A stretch of DNA of 63,614 bases, the filler included, from Dugesia japonica (lineage: Eukaryota): the NCBI GenBank assembly GCA_001938525.1. It is 6 parts of 6 records of this genome, joined end to end, with 100 filler letters (N's around TTAATTAATTAA, not from the genome) between each part and the next. Parts side by side here need not be neighbours in the genome. Positions count along the whole stretch, not along the records: positions 42,183 to 54,097 come from MQRL01513295.1; positions 54,198 to 63,614 come from MQRL01597445.1; 4 more parts are not named here. The stretch is one strand, 5' to 3'. The notes under the pieces are model-generated. The model ran no database searches. It was not told the origin of the DNA and saw only the letters and a list, made by a program, of their open reading frames with translations. Of this stretch, positions 53,247 through 63,614 are shown one piece after another. Position 1 is the first letter of the stretch. Every line of letters begins with the position of its first letter. The position numbers and the translations under genes were made by a program.

Positions 53247-53464
53247 TTTTACAATTGCAATTATTGCGAGAATAATTGTTGGACGTAACCTTTGATCGTT
53301 TTTCAGAATTCATTTTAAATTAAAGCTTCCATCAAAATTTTGTTTTTCTGGTTTTTCTTTTCTTCTTTTTCTTTGGTTTTTGATAACAATTCTATATTTC
53401 GACTTTGTCTTCGTCAGGAATTGACTTTTTAGAAAAAATTTCATCGAAGCTTTTATTTTAAATT
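53247..53464. mobile_element. PLE pLTR copy (family of 6885)
   Basis: Same head, antisense hammerhead, short right arm. Confidence 0.82.
53387..53423 (-). ncRNA. Minimal type I hammerhead ribozyme, intact core
   Basis: 37-mer identical to 6999-7035. Confidence 0.85.
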
Positions 53465-54989
53465 TATCTTTTTTAATTTGAAAGCAAGTATGTAGTTGAT
53501 ATAATAATATAAATATCATTAATTTTATCTTTTTGCACAATTAATATATTCTGTGGTAAGAAGTAAATTTCTTAATTTTTTCAAAGCTTAACGTTGAAGT
53601 CGAGCTAGAAAACTAGAGAAAATGTAACATTGAGGTTAAGCAATTAAATGTTGCTCGAATAATTAAGCAGCTAAAAAATTGTATCGTTTTCTAAGAAATA
53701 AACCGAAATCATTTGTTAGCCAATACCACAATTGTTTGCGATGTGGAAGCAGAGTTGTTCAGATTATTCATGTCTAGATTTATTGTAAAAGATCCTGAAT
53801 TAAATTTAATATATAAAAATAAAAAACTGTAATTTTTATTATTCACATTTTATTAAGTTAATTTAATAGTTCGAACTGAACATTAGTTATCATTAAGTTA
53901 TATTTTCTTGTGTTAATATATAAATATTTACTTGTTCAACAATGACTAAATGGCAAATTAAGAAATAAATAAAATGAATAATACTTCCAACTCTAACAAA
54001 GCATAACTAGATGAACAAAGAAAATTAGGAAGTATAAAGAAGTTCTTGTTTCATTGAAGACCATAAATAGTTGTTTCGGTACATCAATTATTTTACTNNN
54101 NNNNNNNNNNNNNNNNNNNNNNNNNNNNNNNNNNNNNNNNNTTAATTAATTAANNNNNNNNNNNNNNNNNNNNNNNNNNNNNNNNNNNNNNNNNNNNTTT
54201 TTTGAAATTTGTGAATTGTTATTTCATATTTTTATTTTTAAGAAAAGACTTGTAATAATCAATAAACAATTCATTGACTCTTTAGACTGTTTCACTTAGG
54301 AAATTTCTACCTCTGTCTGACAATAATTTTTTAGGTGCTCCATATTTAAAAATAATTTTTTCTACTAACAACTTTGCAACTGTTTCTGCTGATTCTTTTT
54401 TGGTGGAAAATGCTTCGGCTCACTTTNNNNNNNNNNNNNNNNNNNNNNNNNNNNNNNNNNNNNNTTTTATTGTAGTTGGTAATTTGCTTAAGAAATACAT
54501 AGCACATATCTCCATAGGTGAACTGGGTACTGGAATTAAATGAAGTGGTACTCTGGTTTTTTGATAGTAATAATAATATGGCAATAATGATTAATAAGGT
54601 GTATGCCCCTGATACAAAGGCTGATAGATATTACATTAATAGGATTCATTTTATAGTTTTTAATATTATTAGTATCATATTATTATTGCTTGTAACTTTG
54701 GTAATTATTTGTTCGTTTATAATTAAACCTTGTCATTTCTCTTTAACTCATCAATGCAATGTATATACCTCTGAAGCCACGATAATTCAAAGAGATTTTG
54801 TTTCATAAGACCAAACACCACGCAGTCCAGCTGAATTCGAGAATGTGGTATCGCGATGCAGGAGAAGGCGTGACACCAATTCTTGTGGCTACTAGGTATC
54901 ATCCCCCAGACGTAAATTTCAATCAGAAAGATGAAAAATCGATCAGTATAGAAGAAGAGAAAATAACATCAAAAGCCTAGAAGCTCAAA

Positions 54990-55056
<67 letters not shown>

Positions 55057-55106
55057 NNNNNNNNNNNNNNNNNNNNNNNNNNNNNNNNNNNNNNNNNNNN
55101 NNNNNN

Positions 55107-55173
<67 letters not shown>

Positions 55174-56199
55174 ATTATAATAATATATCAATACCACAGC
55201 CACAGTACAGTTTAGATAGCACAGCACTCACTCACACACACACGTTACATAGTAATATTACAGTCACAGCCATCGCTCTTTCTGAGAGAACCAAACGTGT
55301 TTTGAGAAAAGCAAAATTATATTCCAAGAGTTTTTAGTTCTGAGTTGAATGGTCTAAAAATATTTTTAAAATAATTATTATTTAAATTTTAATTATAATT
55401 TATAATTAATTATATAATTATATATTATTTTGAGAACTATGCATATTTGCACAACAAACCCCATATGGAATATGCTCAGTTTTTTTATTCTAAGACGAAT
55501 GGTATCAAATTCGAAACCATAAAATCAACATTGACTGAGAAATCTTTGAAACAAATTTAAAATGTTCTGATGCACGACTTCCCTTTTGAAAAAGTAAAAT
55601 TTTATTTTACAGAATTTAATTCCGAGTTCAACCATACGATAAAATACCATATAATATCCCTGAAAAAGATTTTTCCAAAAATTAAAATCGAAAAATGTGT
55701 TTATGTACTGTTATCAACCAATCAAAATGTTTAAATTTTAAAAAAAACTTGGCGGGGGGAGAGGTGTTTTGATGCGCTACTATCTATCTACTTATACTTT
55801 ACAAACAATAACTGGTTAATTATTCATACATTTTCACCTTAATATAGAAAATTACTTTGAAAAAAGATCTTGTGTGTTTATTAACCAATTAATCATTAAC
55901 ATGTAACATAAATTTTTTCAATCATTTAAATTTTAACCAATTATTCATAAATTTATTACAGTCTATCTTGTACTTTATGAACACCATTCAATATGAAAAT
56001 TCGTTATTATGAACAAAAAATTATTTTGCACCAATTTCTCATAAAATCAACAAATGTTCATTTTATTTTTAGTTATGAACAATGAACATTTTTGTTTAAA
56101 TAATAATATAAAATTCCAAGGCACAGTTTTAATATTCTAATATATTTCAATGATATTTTTATCCTAGATTATAAACAAAAAATCAAGCCATCAAAAGAA

Positions 56200-56830
56200 A
56201 ACAACCCGAACTTTCTTTTTGCGAAAAAACCGAGTTCGCATTAAAATTAAAAAACGAAATTCCAACAAATCAACTAGCACTGATCAAAAAATACAATATT
56301 TCATTTGGGTTGGTAAACAAATTTTTACATTTTGATACTATAGCATCGCAATCGTCGATTAATCATGATAGAATAAGAAACACCAAGTGTATGAAAACAC
56401 CAAACACAATGAAAATTGAACCTATTCTNTTTAAGTAGTTTCAGAATTAAAGACGTAGAAACTCAACAATCAGCTCGGAACTTTTAAAATCCAAGGCTCT
56501 TGAAATTGCTAATAAGTTGCAACTTAATGATTTCAAAGCATCAACAGGTTGACTTAGTTCATTTATTAAATGGAACGGTCTTTGCTCAAAAAGGATTTAT
56601 AGTGAAGCACATCTCGTCAGTAAAAATATTTTACTTGATTTTTCTTCAAAGCTAGAATTAAAAATGTTAGAATATGACAAGAACATTTTCAATTGTGATG
56701 AATCCGGTTTATTCTATAAACAATCATTGAAACGAACATACACTTTCACATCAGATGATTTTGCAAATAGCAAATTTACCAAAGAAAGAATCACTATTCT
56801 CTTTGCAATTAGTTGTGAGGGTAGAAACTT
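56200..56830 (+). mobile_element. Tigger/pogo (CENP-B HTH + DDE_1) transposase remnant
   Basis: ISSELLKSKALEIA..FKASTG*LSSF, IFNCDESGLFYK, KERITILFA. Confidence 0.88.
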
Positions 56831-58783
56831 GCTTCTCTTTTTTTATTTTGTTCCATTAATCGGTTAATGAACACATCTATTTTTCGGTCCTCTGGTGTTT
56901 TTTAAGAGACAAGATAGACTGTTAATTAATTAATTATATCTTCAAATAGAAATTTTATTCAATTGAAATAAAATAATTAATGAAAAATTCATGAAGTTTT
57001 AAGATTAATCAAACAGTACATTTACCATCAGTTAAGATCAGCAAAGAGCGAAAAAACAATAAACGAATAACAAGAAACATTCACCAAGTGAAACGGTTTA
57101 ATGGAGAGATTCGACCAACAAATATCAAGTCTGAGTCAATCATCAGTGGAACAACAAAACCGATTATATCAGAGTTGGTAATGAAAATTAAAAACTCAAT
57201 CGAATATATAATTAAAACCATATCAACTTATTATCCAAATTATTTGTTAGAAATATATTTTAATATACTTATAACTTAAATCAAAATGCAACAATAGGTA
57301 ATTGAAAAAATTACTAATTTGAAACAATTTTAATAATTTACCCTTTACTTACAAATAATTATAAATTTATATTAATTAAATCAATTGTCTGCCTGTTTTG
57401 ATTATTAAACACACATTTTCGCATTATAAAATAAAAACGCATATCAACTTAGTACAAAAATAATTCGAGTGAAGATTTTATTTCGGAATACATATAAACA
57501 TATTTTTGTCGATTTCATTTAGATTAATGAAGTTGGAGATATCAGAAACTATGAAATTTTTTGCAAGATTGAAAAACTTTTTGTAAGTTATGAATTTCTT
57601 CTCAAGGCATATATTGATAATTCTTTACTTTCAGCAAGACCATTGTTAAGATACGATATTATGGGATATCCAACTTTGATGTTATCTTTTAATTTGCTTG
57701 AAGGTTTTCGAAATGCATTTGATTCACCAGCATAAATTGTACGATAAACCGTCTGACTATCTGCAAAATTCGACGAACCTTTATTGTAGTTAAACATTTT
57801 TAAACCTAATCGATTTTAAAAATACATGTAATTGGTTACCAAACAAACAAGCTTAAACTTTATTTCATTCAAACTGAATTTATATTCGTACAAATAGGAA
57901 TATACCACGAAATAAGGATTGGCAAAGTAATTATCGTCATGAAATTTAAATAATACTCAGTTATAGTTTTAATTTGTACATATAAAATTGATAAAATGTT
58001 ACAAAATAAAATTAACGCATGTATTGTTATTTTTTTAATTTCTTTTCAAAATATGAAAAATATTTATAATTAAAATTTTAATATTAAACCGGTCTTGCCC
58101 AAATTTCCTTTCCTCGTAATTCATGATTATTTCAATAAAACATTGATATATGACATAAAAGAGATATTTTCTTTTTAAATTTGAATTGGTTTTATACGAG
58201 GTTTTCAAAAATTCCAAAATTGGAACACTGGGTACACAATGTGTTAAAATTTAAAATAATTAAAGTCAGATATACAGTTTATTTCAATACAATTAGCATA
58301 AAGACCCTTGCATAAAATCTAAAATATATACGTGAATATAATATGAATTAACGAATGTGGTATAGCTTAAATTATCCCTCGTGCAAATTTATACCACATT
58401 TTCCGCAACATATTGTAGCATTTATTTTATATTAATATTTTGTAATATTTATTTTATGACATTAGACACCGTGCTAGATATTTCTTTGGACGATTTTGGC
58501 CTTCCTCTTTCCATTTTGAAATTTGCATATATTTTCAAGTAGAATTGTACTAAAATTCAAGTAATCTAATTTAGTATTTTCTGCGTTTTTTTCTGTGAAG
58601 TTGACAAGCATTATTTATTGCAGTATTCAAATAAAAGATTAAATGTGTCCATCACCATTTTTTTTGAAATAATGGATACTCGATAGTTTTGGAGATTTTC
58701 ATAAATTTGATAAACGCTTTCCATATACTGGTTATATTTCGATAAAGCTAATAATCGAACGAGAAAATAACCACGGCCTCAGA

Positions 58784-59575
58784 ATGGAACTGTTCAACAC
58801 TCAGTTTGAGAAAATTCGTCTTGCTACTGAAAATCAACTCCTAACCAGTTTGGCTAATAGAGAAGGCGTACATGCTGGTATCGAGAAATTGTCTTTGGAG
58901 TTCGAGAGCATAATGCAGAATTACCAGCAGAAGAATGAATTCCTACAACAGTACATTGAAGCCCTAGAACAGGAAATCATCGAACTAAGAGCACTCTGTC
59001 AAGAAAAAGAAAAGGAAATCGCAGAAAAACAACAACACTTAATCGAACAATTCTCCGAAATTAAGGAACTCCAGCGACTACATACAGTCTGTCAACCTAT
59101 TCTTCACCCGATAATCATACCAACGCCCCTCCACCCAAAAGATTTAACCATCCTCAAGTCACACGGATCAACACTAAATATAGCTGCACTCGAATGGCAA
59201 CCCATGACTTCAATAATCTAGAATCCACCTAGGCAATCCATCCCATTAATAATTCAGGACCCCAATTTGGTCCCAGCTAAATCCAAAATACCGGAGTGGA
59301 TAAATACAATAATCCACCAGGTTCCCCACATAACTCCAGCACATCCCACAATCCCAATCCAACCTAGAAAATCGGTACCATTGGTAATTCAAGAACCTCA
59401 AAACATTCTAATCGGTTCCGCAAAACCCAGTTGGATACCCAGTAAAACCTCAGTACTCGACCACAACCAATTTAAAAGAAACCTATCCCAATCAATCGTA
59501 ACCGAAATACTACGAAAATATGGCTCTGATATACAAACGAATAACCAGAACAACCCAGTAGATGAAATTGACTAG
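58784..59575 (+). pseudogene. Unknown coiled-coil + PAM2-like + Pro-rich protein, one in-frame TAG at 59219
   Basis: ORFs 58784 and 59267 share a frame; heptad region, STLNIAALEWQP, internal repeat PRQSIPLIIQDP/PRKSVPLVIQEP. Confidence 0.55.
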
Positions 59576-61909
59576 AACGATCTAGACTCGATGTAGATAA
59601 ACTGTAAATAATAACTAGATGATTCAATGAATAAACGGAATAAACGAACTTTGAATGTATAAATGTATACTGTATTTAAATGTACATCGTAGAACAATTT
59701 TTTTATGTATGCGTTTTGGGATAACATGTAATGACCTTAAATTTTGCCTTGTCTGTTAATTTAATTAGGGTTGAAGGATTTTCTGCAACGGGGATGAGCT
59801 ATGGCAAATTCCGGGACGGAATTTAAACAAGACGAAGAGCAATTTGTTGGGATGAAACATACCACAAAAAAAGACAAAGCCACCACAAATTATAAAATGA
59901 AAAGAATCATAGTTACAGATGAAAGATTCACCAAAGAGGGTTGAAATAAGAAGAAGAATAGAACTGGATCGGAAACCCATTAGTGGATGAATAAAATAAA
60001 ACNNNNNNNNNNNNNNNNNNNNNNNNNNNNNNNNNNNNNNNNNNNNNNNNNNNNNNNNNNNNNNNNNNNNNNNNNNNNNNNNNNNNNNNNNNNNNNNTAA
60101 GAAAATATCAATTAATTAAGCTGAAAAAATAAATGAAAATGAAACCCAAATCCGTTTTCTTCAAATAACTTTACCCTAGAAAGTCACAAAGATTCGGAGA
60201 AAGAGAATTTGAATCAGGATTGGTATCGGGCAACAAAATTTCTTATTCCAAAAACGTTGCGACCATTAGGAGGACCGTCACAAGGGTTGGAAGATTGAGC
60301 CAATGAGAACCTGGAAAAATAACATATAACAAAGAACAAAAGCTCACCTGATAATCCAAAAATAACGACCAACGGAATCACAGAAAACTCAGCAAAATTT
60401 CAGAGAAGTAGCAGCAGCGCCAATGGAAATGTGTTATTCTAAATTAAAAATAACTGGATAATGCCAAACAAGTCGGGGTGTCTCAGAAATTGTATAAACC
60501 CCCCCCCCCGGAATTTAGCAAAAAAACAACAAACTAACTAACGAACAGAATATTCTTATTAGCTAATTAACGGAACTGTCACCAATTCAACAAGAAGCCT
60601 TTATTTTCATCAGGATATCTTCTAGACAAGAGAATCACCACTAAAGAAAACCATTACTCGAATAAAGAATACACTTAGCATCGGCAATCCCTTTTGAACT
60701 GTTGCAGAAATTCCTAAATTTGTTCTGAAAAAGTAAAGTTTTATTTTGATTGTAAAAAAATGTTATGCTAAGAAAATTTAAATATTAATACTTCAATAAA
60801 TGTATCGATGTTAGTAATCTTAACTTGAGATTTTATTACCAAATATCTTAAGTATAACAGATAGTTTATTTGAATGTTAAATTGGGTATTATAAATTTTA
60901 GATCCATTAGTTAGTGAATTATAGAAAACAGAAAAACGAAGGCATGTTCCGCCTCCTTGCTCATTAAAATGAATATGATGCGCACGAGAAAAAAAATGAT
61001 AAAGCTAAACCATTGAACCACAATTATATTATCGGTTCAACATCAGCTAGAAACATGAAAAAATTTTGTTTTTTCTTTTCACTGAATTATGATTAAAAGG
61101 GAAACTACGATTTCAACAGTTTATTAAAATATATATATATATCTTACCTCGGTTGATTTTCAACCCAAGAATCTCCATAGTAAGGTGTCGGAGGGTAACA
61201 CACTCTCTATGCAGCTGATTCCCATTAGTTCGTGAAACCTTTTTTTGTGTTTCACCAAATCCACTATTAGAGCCAAAATAAACATCTTATTTTCTAATAG
61301 ATAGATAGTGATTGAATTGGAAATAACGGCAGAATTGGCATTAATCGTCNNNNNNNNNNNNNNNNNNNNNNNNNNNNNNNNNNNNNNNNNNNNNNNNNNC
61401 TTATTTTCTAATAGATAGATAGTGATTGAATTGGAAATAACGGCAGAATTGGCATTAATCGTCGAATCATGGGATGGTGTGTGTAGATTCCGTAAGATAA
61501 TCATAGCATCAATTTGGTATTTATGTATAAATTAGATTCTTATACACACTTATAATGACGTGGTGTTCACGCACACAAACTTGGAAAAATTTGGTAATGA
61601 CCAGTTCTAGGATGGTTGTGGTTCGATATCAAAGTTATCACTATGTTTTCACGCAATTATAAAAAATACTTTTATTAATAGTAGTTCTATCACAATAATT
61701 GTGCTACTATTTAGGGTCATGTCGATATATGTTGTTAAGACTATTATTATGCTACTGGGATTATTATGGTCTTAATTGATAACGTCTTCTTAAACATCAC
61801 TGATACTTGGTTATAATCCTCTTGATAATAATGTCATTCAAGAACAACCATTTGCTTTTGGGAACCGCGTGTTGAGATAAACGATACGATTAATAGTTTC
61901 CTTCTTTAG

Positions 61910-63614
61910 CCATACCGACGGAATTGCTCCGTGTCCTGCGTTGGATAAAAAAGCAGCGTCGAATTAGTCGGTCTAAGCAGTTGTTGGCTCATATGCTGAC
62001 AAAAGGGGAAATCGAACACCCATATGAAACAGTCCTTTGTTGTCTCGCCGAGATGTTTTCTTTGAAGGGAAAGTGGACCTGGACGAGGGATGACTCTTGT
62101 TTTATTGAGACCCTTATGACAATGAATAATTTTTTTTCTTTCTTTTGTGTGTGTTAACTATNNNNNNNNNNNNNNNNNNNNNNNNNNNNNNNNNNNNNNN
62201 NNNNNNNNNNNTAAAAATAAATTATTTATTACATCTTGATACTATGTTATGTGAGTTTACCATTCTTTTGTTATTCTCAGAGATGGAATCCATATGGGAA
62301 AGGGTAGTGGACAGAAGAAGTCGTCAAATAATCTTTCGACGATATCACAACCCTCACAATCGGGACGCGGGCATCTTGGTCGACAATTTTGCTCCGGTGG
62401 AATCCATCGTCGAGCGCATCAGAGATTTTGGCGAGCCTCAACGAAACCAGGCTTGGACAGGTCCTGATCGCACCCTGGCGACTTCTATTCATTACCGGCC
62501 TCACACCCCAACTCCAGCTCCCGTGGTACAGGCTTTCATTACTAACCTGCTCTGGGGCATAAGACAGCTCTCGGGCAGGAAGATTCCGAAAATACCGCAC
62601 ATGTGCCGGATGTATCAACTCCTCCTTCGTGACTTATTGGTTGACTATAATGAAATTGTCTGGTCTAAAATATATGTTAGATGTTTCTGTAATTTTTAAT
62701 AGATGTGGGTATTTCTCGTTCTCAGATTATTTTATAGGGTTATACGTTGATTGGAGTGTCCTAGAACTTAGAATTGGATTTGTAATTGCTGTGTAAATTT
62801 TTTATTTATAAGATCTATTTTTTATAACATATATATTTTCTCTTTTTAGTGCATTCCTCGTTAAACCGCCCTCCGGCTCCTACTAAGAAAATCCGGGATA
62901 CCAGTGAGGACCTCGAACTCACTTGGGATTTATATCAGTTAGCAAAGCGCCGATGGGAAGCTGAAGTAGCCGCGGCCAATACTAAGGTCCTACGTTATAA
63001 GAAAAAATGCGCTCTCTTTAAAAAGGAAGCGGAAGCCTCCCATTCTCAGGAACGCATTTGGAAAAGACAAGTAGAGTCTTTCTCGGAGATGATCCGGTTC
63101 AGCCATGACCGAAAAAATAAACTGGTTAGCGATATTTTACTCCTCCGGGAGAAAACCCTCTTGAGCCGTTAATGATCGAGAAGGGCACCCAGACCCCTCG
63201 AAACTAGTCATAAGGAAATTTTTCTTTGTTAATAAACTCATTGTTCAACTTTCTTATGTATTCAGTTACTGCCTTAATGTCTGCCTGAAGTTACATGGTT
63301 GAACACTTTGATATTTAACTTATTTTATATTTTAGTGCCTCGCATCACCTTTCCCAATAACCTCCATAGATGCCACCGCATCCTACGCCGTCTGTTGCTG
63401 GAACGCCACTTAAAGCGTAAAGCAAACCGGGCCCTCCTGAGGCATTTGGCCCAGCGTGATCAGGTAATAAAGAAACTTGACTTAATTGTAAAGAAACAGA
63501 GCGACTTGGCGGCTCAATCCAAGGCATTAGAGGCAGAGACGAAGCAACTCTTACAACGGAAGATAGAATTCCTTAAACAATACATCGCCGATCTTTCTCG
63601 TCAAATAGGTAACC
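61910..63614 (+). CDS. Four GC-richer coding blocks of unknown function (61910-62157, 62281-62699, 62850-63172, 63336-end)
   Basis: Each block is preceded by a pyrimidine tract + AG in phase 1; basic, helical translations with no recognised family. Confidence 0.5.

Noticed and set aside
30173-55227. Poly-I/Y/L/N ORFs in the ORF track
   Set aside because: Translations of (ATT)n microsatellites and N gaps

Overview
Very AT-rich eukaryotic (animal) genomic DNA from a gapped draft assembly. The 18S fragment, Piwi type, mariner load and (ATT)n arrays suggest a planarian flatworm; this is inference, not proven. Five artificial N44-TTAATTAATTAA-N44 spacers split the window into six segments of about 9-14 kb that may not be physically linked. 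Main contents: (1) a decayed Polinton/Maverick (adintovirus-like) element at ~8991-16460. It carries integrase, packaging ATPase, an adenovirus pX-like protein, an unknown Q-rich ORF, penton, a probable major-capsid stub, and a convergent protein-primed PolB with three N-terminal zinc fingers. (2) A Piwi pseudogene ~650 bp from that element on the same segment. (3) Many Penelope-like element (PLE) remnants forming fold-back hairpins with minimal type I hammerhead ribozymes (HHR), from two families. (4) Mariner, Tc1, pogo and Tigger transposase relics, a second pPolB relic and an orphan 18S rRNA fragment. (5) Intact host exons of USP32 and a tyrosylprotein sulfotransferase. (6) An unexplained 3' region with a coiled-coil/PAM2-like ORF and four consecutive ORF blocks that all begin at phase-1 splice acceptors. 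All translations and alignments were done by eye, and TE boundaries are approximate.
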